Translations under genes and position numbers: made by a program | Virus record (IMG/VR): IMGVR_UViG_3300020473_000016 | Length of the DNA stretch: 64,000 nucleotides | DNA from: a virus | Direction: 5' to 3' (one strand) | Part shown: one piece after another, positions 58,179 to 64,000 of the stretch | Layout of the letters: every line of letters begins with the position of its first letter | Position numbering within the stretch: the stretch's first letter is position 1 | The notes under the pieces: model-generated | Told to the model about the DNA's origin: nothing | The model's input: only the letters and a program-made list of their open reading frames with translations | Database searches by the model: none

Positions 58179-58907
58179 TCACCGTGTTGCGATCCACTGT
58201 GGATCTGTGGTGACACATCCGACAGGTGCAAATCCTGTAAGTGTGCGATAATCCCAAATGAATTTCAATTTTTGTTCTTTAATCGGTCCACCTCTGCGAC
58301 CTGCCATGTCTGCTGTTGGTTGGTCTATGGCATTCAATTTGAATTTAACAGGTGAATTCTTTGCAGTCTCACCCACCCAACCTGATTTCCATGCATCTGG
58401 TTTGCCATGTCTATCATATGATTTTAATGCAAGGCGTGTCATAAATTTGTCTAGCATAGGACGTGTCATTACAAACCACTCATTGCCACCTGCCTGTTCT
58501 GAATAAAAATGCTTATAACGCTCAGGCACTTTATGGTCATGTCCATGTAGTGTTGAATATCCTTGCTTACGGAGTAGGGTATGTATCCACTCTTCGGACC
58601 AACCACAATTATTCACTGCAAGCATGTCTATAATAATTTGATCACCAGCGAGTTTAGTGCGTGACCCCTGCATGATTTCCCATGCAGCAGATTCGCCACC
58701 AGCAGCAAGACCAATTTTGACAGCGACGTATTGTGACTTGTCATTAGTCACGGCGTTGTCCTTTGATGTCCAAACGTATATGCTACCAGGTGCGAACTTT
58801 AAATTTCCAGGTTGTAAGTGTGAAGGATCTGCTACGCTTCCAAACTTATGACCTTTAGGGAGTGATGTTCTTGTTGGCATGATGTAGAGAGAAAGAGAGT
58901 TGAACAA
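58179..58907 (-). CDS. GIY-YIG superfamily / T5orf172-like protein (possible homing endonuclease)
   Basis: Pattern IYVW...VAVKIGLA...E.WIHTLL. Confidence 0.45.
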   Translation of the reverse strand: MFNSLSLYIMPTRTSLPKGHKFGSVADPSHLQPGNLKFAPGSIYVWTSKDNAVTNDKSQYVAVKIGLAAGGESAAWEIMQGSRTKLAGDQIIIDMLAVNNCGWSEEWIHTLLRKQGYSTLHGHDHKVPERYKHFYSEQAGGNEWFVMTRPMLDKFMTRLALKSYDRHGKPDAWKSGWVGETAKNSPVKFKLNAIDQPTADMAGRRGGPIKEQKLKFIWDYRTLTGFAPVGCVTTDPQWIATR

Positions 58908-58943
58908 TAAAAAAAAATCGGGTCGCCGTTAGTGGCGATCCGA
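58908..58943 (-). terminator. Rho-independent terminator
   Basis: Minus strand ATCGGATCGCC-ACTAAC-GGCGACCCGAT followed by a long T run. Confidence 0.75.
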
Positions 58944-59096
58944 TATGTACCAAGTCCCACCAGTGGGAACTTCAAGTGTTTCAAAATTGCGTTTTGCCAT
59001 TGCGTCAAGGGCAGCACGTACAACTGGATCTTTAGATGCGGTCTCATTCATTAAGACCTGTCCGTTGTAGAATGATTTTAGTTCTTTGTTGTTCAT
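58929..59096 (-). CDS. Putative early protein (55 aa)
   Basis: Manual translation: MNNKELKSFYNGQVLMNETASKDPVVRAALDAMAKRNFETLEVPTGGTWYISDRH; directly after a TATACT box. Confidence 0.65.
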   Translation of the reverse strand: MNNKELKSFYNGQVLMNETASKDPVVRAALDAMAKRNFETLEVPTGGTWYISDRH

Positions 59097-59102
59097 GTCT
59101 TA

Positions 59103-59160
59103 AGTATAAACAGAAAATGCCCCAAGTGGGGGCATTAGTGGACACTAATCCGATTGGCAC
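59103..59160 (-). promoter_or_regulatory. Early-type promoter element, copy A
   Basis: -10 TATACT (59103-08), stem-loop, palindrome core CACTA-N4-GATTG starting at 59143; gap 34 bp. Confidence 0.7.
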
Positions 59161-59291
59161 AGACTAGGGTCGATTCTGCAAATTTGTTCGTTACGCTGTT
59201 CGAGGTTCTCCCACAATTGAGCGTCACGGATGGCAAGTGCTACATTCGCACCGATTGCGATAACCACGCCAGCAAGAATAATTCTGATCAT
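59145..59291 (-). CDS. Putative early membrane protein (48 aa)
   Basis: Manual translation: MIRIILAGVVIAIGANVALAIRDAQLWENLEQRNEQICRIDPSLCQSD. Confidence 0.6.
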   Translation of the reverse strand: MIRIILAGVVIAIGANVALAIRDAQLWENLEQRNEQICRIDPSLCQSD

Positions 59292-59566
59292 GCGTGGTTC
59301 AATGTGAATTCACAACGAATGCCAGCACCTTGATAAAATGCGAGCATCTCCTGTGCTTTCGCAAAACTGCTAAACGTTATATGCCTTGGTTGACCTTGGT
59401 CGAATGGCATCCAATAGCGAATAGTGTTTTTTGATGATTGCATAGAATGATTTGCTGTATAGTGTAAGTATAGGACATAACAAGCACGTCGCAAGACAGT
59501 TAGTGCCAGTTTAAAAATTGCCATACCTTCTATCCTGGGAAGGTATGGCATAGTGTAGGATGTCAA
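59288..59566 (-). CDS. Putative early protein (true start probably internal, MQSSK)
   Basis: ORF track. Confidence 0.5.
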   Translation of the reverse strand: MTSYTMPYLPRIEGMAIFKLALTVLRRACYVLYLHYTANHSMQSSKNTIRYWMPFDQGQPRHITFSSFAKAQEMLAFYQGAGIRCEFTLNHA

Positions 59567-59886
59567 GTCAAACTCATGTACGTAAGCACTTGCGAGATCA
59601 TCACGGCATCCTGTCTGAATTGTTTTTTGTATGCTGCTGCGATACAGTGAAAGTTGACCAGCATATCGTCAACCTCAGAGTCTGGGAGTTCAACGTAGAG
59701 AATCTTGCAGTCCTCACGCTTGCCCTTCCAAAATCCTTCACCGTCGATAAATGTTCCGTACTCAAGGAGTGGCATCACTTCGCGTCTGATAAAATCATCC
59801 ATCATTGCGTCGGTGACTTTGCCGTTGTCTGGGATATCGCGTCCCATGGTTAGTTCAAGTCGGATCATAGAAATTCGTTGGTACAA
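59563..59886 (-). CDS. DUF3574-like protein
   Basis: Pattern L.MGR.IP....VT...M.DFI..EV.P....T..DG.G.WKG..E...I.AAYK.QF.Q.AVM. Confidence 0.6.
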   Translation of the reverse strand: MYQRISMIRLELTMGRDIPDNGKVTDAMMDDFIRREVMPLLEYGTFIDGEGFWKGKREDCKILYVELPDSEVDDMLVNFHCIAAAYKKQFRQDAVMISQVLTYMSLT

Positions 59887-59890
59887 TACA

Positions 59891-59948
59891 AGTATAACAA
59901 AAAACCCTCACCGTGTAAGGTAAGGGTGTCCAGTTATTCTATTGGCAC
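59891..59948 (-). promoter_or_regulatory. Early-type promoter element, copy B
   Basis: TATACT (59891-96); core CAGTT-N4-TATTG at 59931; gap 34 bp. Confidence 0.7.
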
Positions 59949-60097
59949 ATCTCTTCAAATCTTTTGATTGCGAGTCGTGCTGCCTTGTCTGCGATCTCAT
60001 CCTCAGAGTAGACTCCCTTGTTTAACCTTGCTTCAAGTTCGGTTAAGCAGTCGTCAAAAATTCCTTCAAGGATTGCTTCGTTTTGTAGGGTGGACAT
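59939..60097 (-). CDS. Putative early protein (52 aa)
   Basis: Manual translation: MSTLQNEAILEGIFDDCLTELEARLNKGVYSEDEIADKAARLAIKRFEEMCQ. Confidence 0.65.
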   Translation of the reverse strand: MSTLQNEAILEGIFDDCLTELEARLNKGVYSEDEIADKAARLAIKRFEEMCQ

Positions 60098-60121
60098 AGA
60101 CCTTCGATTGATTACATTTTA

Positions 60122-60178
60122 AATATAAACCATTTTTGAACAGAATGGTGAAACTGTGTGCCAGTTTGTCAACTGGTC
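60122..60178 (-). promoter_or_regulatory. Early-type promoter element, copy C
   Basis: TATATT (60122-27); core CAGTT-N4-AACTG at 60162; gap 34 bp. Confidence 0.7.
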
Positions 60179-60306
60179 TCTATTTGGATGATTGGTTCCC
60201 ATACATCCAGTACAATGTCAGCACGTGCTGCTGCCTCACTTAAGAGGTCGGTAATCTGCTCACGCTCTCTAAACGTGAGCAAATCATAAATGTCGTAACG
60301 CATCAT
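60169..60306 (-). CDS. Putative early protein (45 aa)
   Basis: Manual translation: MMRYDIYDLLTFREREQITDLLSEAAARADIVLDVWEPIIQIETS; ATGA overlap. Confidence 0.55.
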   Translation of the reverse strand: MMRYDIYDLLTFREREQITDLLSEAAARADIVLDVWEPIIQIETS

Positions 60307-60497
60307 GCAAATAAGGGACGCATGTAATCTTTGAACTGTTCACGCTTGTAATCAGCGAGAACTCTCAACTCATCTTCAGGTAATATATACCCTTCGAGTT
60401 TCATCTCATCATAACATGCTTGAGAGATGCCCTTGTCTGTGATGTCGTACTCATGCAGTTGCACGTGTTTAAAAAATGACATTAACCCATACCCCAA
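60303..60497 (-). CDS. Putative early protein
   Basis: ORF track. Confidence 0.6.
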   Translation of the reverse strand: MGYGLMSFFKHVQLHEYDITDKGISQACYDEMKLEGYILPEDELRVLADYKREQFKDYMRPLFA

Positions 60498-60727
60498 TAT
60501 TTGAGATCTGTGCCAGCGTGCATTTCGTTAAACATGGACTGGATTTCGTAGTAGTCTGCGTCATCCCATTTCACACCGTCACGTGTTTCAAAAAATCCAC
60601 AGTCGTTTTTCATTACGTTCTTGAATTCTGTGAATCCACAGCACTCAAGTGCGAGACGGTAAAGGCACTCTGTATTCTGAATCCAGAGAGCGACGTTCCA
60701 AGTCTCGTAATCTTTCCAACCGTTCAT
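60482..60727 (-). CDS. Putative early protein (NGWxxYETWNVALWI type)
   Basis: ORF track; follows promoter copy D. Confidence 0.7.
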   Translation of the reverse strand: MNGWKDYETWNVALWIQNTECLYRLALECCGFTEFKNVMKNDCGFFETRDGVKWDDADYYEIQSMFNEMHAGTDLKYWGMG

Positions 60728-60755
60728 AAAATGCTTTGATTTGTTTGACTCTTTA

Positions 60756-60813
60756 AATATAAACGATTTTGAGTGAGAATAGGGAAAGTGTGTGCCACTA
60801 ATATAATTGGCAC
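60756..60813 (-). promoter_or_regulatory. Early-type promoter element, copy D
   Basis: TATATT (60756-61); core CACTA-N4-AATTG at 60796; gap 34 bp. Confidence 0.7.
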
Positions 60814-60910
60814 GAGGTCAGCCAGAATTTTGTTTCATTATGTAACGATATTGTCTATATGGGTGCATCTGTGTTTATAATGGAAGGGTTCAAATGAATT
60901 CAATCATTTT

Positions 60911-61240
60911 ATGCCAGTCGCAACCGTTTCCAAGTCAACCGCAGCAAAACCAGCACGCAAGACAAGGACACGCAAAGCACCTGCTAAAAAAACAGCAGTA
61001 CGCAAAGTCACCGTTACAACCTTCAAAGGTGGCAAGGCAGTCGCAAAGATCACAACTCTCAAACGTCCTTCATCTCGCAACCTGATTTCAAGTGATCGCT
61101 ATCTCAAGGATTTTCAGACAAGATGGGCAATCCATTCATTTGAGATCCAAGAATTAGTTAAGGACTTTCGCAAGGGTTTCGATTTCATCACTCCCTATCA
61201 CGCTCAACTCGTAAATCAAGTTAAGCAGTGGACAGTTTAG
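60911..61240 (+). CDS. Basic protein with a Lys/Ala/Arg-rich (histone H1-like) N-terminus
   Basis: AAKPARKTRTRKAPAKKTAVRKV; TATAAT at 60876-81 upstream. Confidence 0.7.
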   Translation: MPVATVSKSTAAKPARKTRTRKAPAKKTAVRKVTVTTFKGGKAVAKITTLKRPSSRNLISSDRYLKDFQTRWAIHSFEIQELVKDFRKGFDFITPYHAQLVNQVKQWTV

Positions 61241-61286
61241 AAAGTTGCACACAAGCACCCCACAGGGTGCTTTTTTCATGTATTAT
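61228..61286 (+). promoter_or_regulatory. Early-type promoter element, copy E (plus strand)
   Basis: Core CAGTT-N4-AAGTT (61233-46), stem-loop AAGCACCC/GGGTGCTT, then TATTAT at 61281; gap 34 bp. Confidence 0.7.
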
Positions 61287-61314
61287 TAAAGAGTAAAGCA
61301 ATTCACTTCATTTC

Positions 61315-61461
61315 ATGCCCTACAACCAAGACTTCGTTGAATCACGTGCCGAAGACATCTTTGACGGTTGGGTTCAAGAGTTTTTCAGAGACCTAACCGA
61401 ATTGGATGAACAGGCACTATACTCCCTCGCTCTAGACACTGCGATTGCCGAAGCACTTTAA
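61315..61461 (+). CDS. Putative early acidic protein (48 aa)
   Basis: Manual translation: MPYNQDFVESRAEDIFDGWVQEFFRDLTELDEQALYSLALDTAIAEAL. Confidence 0.65.
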   Translation: MPYNQDFVESRAEDIFDGWVQEFFRDLTELDEQALYSLALDTAIAEAL

Positions 61462-61465
61462 AAAA

Positions 61466-61492
61466 TATCACCCCTCGAAAGAGGGGTATTTT
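61466..61492 (+). terminator. Rho-independent terminator between convergent genes
   Basis: ACCCCTC-GAAA-GAGGGGT followed by ATTTT. Confidence 0.65.
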
Positions 61493-61514
61493 CATGCCCA
61501 AAAAAAGAACGGTC

Positions 61515-61727
61515 TTAGAGACCGTTCATGTAATCGTGAAGAGCATCTCTGTACTCTTCGTAATTTGAGTAGCGATCTTTGAACGCAGCAGGGACCTCTT
61601 GAGAGATCGCTGCTTCCATGCTTTCATGGATTTCACGAGACGTGTATCCCTTTTGAGTGAGTTGGGGATAGAACTCATTTAAAATTGAATCATTCATATA
61701 CTCATTATACACACACAACAGACCCAA
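61515..61727 (-). CDS. Putative early protein (likely start MNDSIL at 61697)
   Basis: ORF track; a -10 box lies just upstream of 61697. Confidence 0.65.
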   Translation of the reverse strand: MGLLCVYNEYMNDSILNEFYPQLTQKGYTSREIHESMEAAISQEVPAAFKDRYSNYEEYRDALHDYMNGL

Positions 61728-61760
61728 ATAGGAAAAATGTGTGCCAGTTTCTCAACTGTC
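61704..61760 (-). promoter_or_regulatory. Early-type promoter element, copy F
   Basis: TATAAT (61704-09); core CAGTT-N4-AACTG at 61745; gap 35 bp. Confidence 0.65.
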
Positions 61761-62102
61761 TTCGGCAGCTGACTTGTGAACTGGAAATGATAATGTTTCA
61801 CCTGGTTTCATTGAGTAAGTTGTAACCCCTTTGTCATCGGGTGTCCATGCTTTGACATCTTTAACATTGTCACAAAGATCTTTCCATAACTCTTCATCAT
61901 ATGTTTCAATATGTTCTCTAAGGTCATGGTATCCCAAACCTTGATGATAATCGCAAAGCGTATCATAAACATATTGGTACATGGTCTTCCAATCCATACC
62001 ATCTGCAACGATTTCGGAATACTGTTCAGCGATGGCATCAAGTTGGGCAGCGTTCATAGAGTTTGAATTAGACATAGTAATATTATACCATATGGCGAGC
62101 AC
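61752..62102 (-). CDS. Putative early protein (likely start MSNSNS at 62075)
   Basis: ORF track. Confidence 0.65.
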   Translation of the reverse strand: MLAIWYNITMSNSNSMNAAQLDAIAEQYSEIVADGMDWKTMYQYVYDTLCDYHQGLGYHDLREHIETYDEELWKDLCDNVKDVKAWTPDDKGVTTYSMKPGETLSFPVHKSAAEDS

Positions 62103-62138
62103 AGGTCAGCTGACCTCAGACAGTTTGACAGGTGGCAC
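62082..62138 (-). promoter_or_regulatory. Early-type promoter element, copy G
   Basis: TATAAT (62082-87); palindrome AGGTCAGCTGACCT; core CAGTT-N4-AGGTG at 62121; gap 33 bp. Confidence 0.65.
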
Positions 62139-62384
62139 ACCTTCGGTTGATATCACCTGTAACTTGGTGTAATATAGTACTCTCCGTCATAGTAGTCTTG
62201 ATCAACCCAATTCTTTATACCTATGTCTTCACCATACGTATTAATTAACTCTTCTCTTTGTTCATTTAATTCATTAATGAAAAACTGTTTGTTCTTGTTA
62301 ACATTTTCCATAATAGATTAGAGCGAGGTTAGTATTAATTATAACACAGCATGTGTTAAACACGCTCTGTTAAATCTTAAGTTT

Positions 62385-62443
62385 TTATAAAAACAAAAAA
62401 ACGCACTTTCTGAGAATATCAAAAAACTCAAAAAGTGCGTTTC
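62385..62443 (-). terminator. Long stem-loop / terminator
   Basis: Inverted repeat AAACGCACTTT (62399-409) / AAAGTGCGTTT (62432-42) with a T-tract on the minus strand. Confidence 0.6.
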
Positions 62444-62449
62444 TTAAGT

Positions 62450-62926
62450 TTATGCAACTTCGAGAGTTTCTGAGTTATGTAATATCATACCATCAAAGAA
62501 TGGTACAATTTTACCTCTGAAACTTACGAACCATTCAAATTGCTTTTGAAACACACCTGCACCGTATTTGACTTCATCAAGTAATGCATTTAGTCTGGAC
62601 TTAGTAGTCACAGTCTCCCATCCGCATGATGATATCTTTAATGCACGTGTGTTATGGTCATACGTAGCAATGTTATGACCATGTAAATAAACTGAACTGC
62701 AATTTGTATTCTCATTGTAATGAACATCGGTGTTAGATCCAGACCAGTTGCCTTTGTTGCTAACTGCGAAGTTCATTTGCTTTTCAAGTTTACGCATGAA
62801 TGTAAGAAAGAATAGGTTAATAAAAGTTTTCAACAGGGTGTGGAAAAACATCACTAAACCACAGGGTCTAGTGATGCTTCTATTGATGCGTCCAATTTGG
62901 CATTTAATGTCCAAAGGTTTTGGCAC
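62450..62926 (-). CDS. Putative early protein (likely start MRKLEKQM near 62797)
   Basis: ORF track; contains the motif ISSCGWETVTTKSRLNALL. Confidence 0.7.
   Translation of the reverse strand: MPKPLDIKCQIGRINRSITRPCGLVMFFHTLLKTFINLFFLTFMRKLEKQMNFAVSNKGNWSGSNTDVHYNENTNCSSVYLHGHNIATYDHNTRALKISSCGWETVTTKSRLNALLDEVKYGAGVFQKQFEWFVSFRGKIVPFFDGMILHNSETLEVA
62827..62847. promoter_or_regulatory. Inverted pair of DnaA-box-like 9-mers
   Basis: TTTTCAACA-GGG-TGTGGAAAA; intergenic if the downstream gene starts near 62797. Confidence 0.4.
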
Positions 62927-63042
62927 TCATCGTCATCCTGTATGAAAGGGTTGTCAAGAGCACGATCCAAAGAGGCAACGTATGCTTGTGCTTCTTCGAT
63001 TGTGAGTTCTAGAGTGATCATGTTGGGAACTTTGTTTGACAT
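62854..63042 (-). CDS. Putative early protein
   Basis: ORF track; follows promoter copy H. Confidence 0.65.
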   Translation of the reverse strand: MSNKVPNMITLELTIEEAQAYVASLDRALDNPFIQDDDECQNLWTLNAKLDASIEASLDPVV

Positions 63043-63048
63043 GTACTT

Positions 63049-63105
63049 ATTATAGACGAGATTGGCAACAGTGGGGAGAAAAGTGGACAGTTTGTGAACT
63101 GGTCT
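63049..63105 (-). promoter_or_regulatory. Early-type promoter element, copy H
   Basis: TATAAT (63049-54); core CAGTT-N4-AACTG at 63088; gap 33 bp. Confidence 0.65.
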
Positions 63106-63140
63106 ACCTCTCTCTTATCCACTGCTGCTCAACCATATCT

Positions 63141-63197
63141 ATTATATACGATCACCTTACCTTTTCTACCTGCCTTGTGCCACTTTAATAACTGTCC
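63141..63197 (-). promoter_or_regulatory. Early-type promoter element, copy I
   Basis: TATAAT (63141-46); core CACTT-N4-AACTG at 63181; gap 34 bp. Confidence 0.6.
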
Positions 63198-63385
63198 TCC
63201 TCCCAACTCTTATATTCCTTAAAACGTGTTACCTTTTTTTTACCTGATCTCTTGACGTTCTTAATATTATATCCATAATCCTCTATATCTTCATCTATTT
63301 GATTGTACTTACTATGATCTAACTTAGTAGGTTTAGTCATTGGTATGAAATGAACAGTTGTATTATTTATTTTCAGTGAGAGCAC
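63185..63385 (-). CDS. Hypothetical protein
   Basis: ORF track; true start probably internal. Confidence 0.5.
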   Translation of the reverse strand: MLSLKINNTTVHFIPMTKPTKLDHSKYNQIDEDIEDYGYNIKNVKRSGKKKVTRFKEYKSWEEDSY

Positions 63386-63602
63386 CAGATTTGATGCTTT
63401 TATGTAATAATTTCCCTACACTTTCCTTGTTTGATATACAATTAAGGAATGATTGTGTAAATTCTAATACATTTTCACAATTAAATTCGTATTCTTTGTT
63501 TATATTACTGTTATATGTGATTATAACAGTATTTTCAGTGAATTTAACTGTTTTTACGGCGGATGAGTTTAAATCATCGAATATGCCAGTGATTTTGACC
63601 AT
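63363..63602 (-). CDS. KTSC-like small protein
   Basis: Pattern SSAV..V.F....V.I.YNS...KEY.F...S.GK..H. Confidence 0.45.
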   Translation of the reverse strand: MVKITGIFDDLNSSAVKTVKFTENTVIITYNSNINKEYEFNCENVLEFTQSFLNCISNKESVGKLLHKSIKSGALTENK

Positions 63603-63722
63603 TTTAAAGAAAATAGAAAAGATTTAAAACTTAAAAAACTCAAAAAGTCAAAAATACAAACTTTTTAAAATGTTGAAAAACTTAAAAAGTGAGATTTCCG
63701 AGTTTTTTGGATTTATGACTTT

Positions 63723-63780
63723 ATTATACTCCTCCTCAGAGGGATTTGGTGGGTTTCTGTGCCACTTTGAGAACTGTCAC
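63723..63780 (-). promoter_or_regulatory. Early-type promoter element, copy J
   Basis: TATAAT (63723-28); core CACTT-N4-AACTG at 63763; gap 34 bp. Confidence 0.65.
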
Positions 63781-63873
63781 ACTACTCCTTGACTTTCGGT
63801 AGGTGGCACGCTAAGACAACAAGAAGAGAGCACGTTACCTATATTTTTTTAACCATTTCTAAATGATTCAGAG

Positions 63874-63896
63874 TTATCCACAACCACTGTGGAAAA
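63874..63896. promoter_or_regulatory. Inverted pair of consensus DnaA boxes
   Basis: TTATCCACA (63874-82), ACCAC, TGTGGAAAA (63888-96; reverse complement TTTTCCACA), in non-coding DNA. Confidence 0.55.
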
Positions 63897-64000
63897 CCCT
63901 AGTCATACCAATGTGCGGATGGTTACTATAGGATAGTATCCTGAGAACATTTCTCAATAGTTATCCTGCCTTCTCTCTCAACCACTTTGGTACATATATT

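Noticed and set aside
62450-62926. Full 158-aa length of this ORF, and the long N-termini of 59288-59566, 61515-61727 and 61752-62102
   Set aside because: The extensions overlap promoter elements or upstream genes; internal ATGs fit the promoter positions better.
59103-63780. Repeated palindromes read as a CRISPR array or attC sites
   Set aside because: The copies are degenerate, separated by 90-900 bp of ORF-containing DNA and tied to -10 boxes. No cas or integrase gene is present in the window.
1-64000. tRNA or rRNA genes
   Set aside because: No cloverleaf with a T-loop GTTCRA in proper context was recognised by eye. A tRNAscan-SE run would be needed to exclude them.

Overview
This is a 64-kb segment of an AT-rich T4-like cyanomyovirus genome, probably from a Prochlorococcus-infecting phage (inferred from the PsaJ type and AT content). 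Almost all genes are on the minus strand. From left to right: (1) An auxiliary metabolic cluster. It holds three small photosynthetic electron-transport genes missed by the ORF track (ndhP-psaJ-ndhI, coupled by ATGA overlaps), an SNase-like nuclease and petE. (2) gp16, gp15, gp14 and gp13. (3) A late-promoter-to-terminator unit with a putative tail-tip/propeller module, a U32-like Fe-S protein fused to a SAM methyltransferase, and six tandem 2OG-Fe(II) oxygenases. (4) A 3968-aa tail fibre with nested repeats, then giant baseplate and virion proteins (gp8, gp7, gp6, gp25). (5) A SET-domain gene, a PAAR-like gene and a GIY-YIG/T5orf172-like gene. (6) An early-type region of small ORFs with ten copies of a palindrome at fixed spacing from a -10 box, plus two intergenic pairs of DnaA-box-like 9-mers. 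No tRNA, rRNA or CRISPR array was seen. All family assignments come from recognising motifs by eye, not from database searches.
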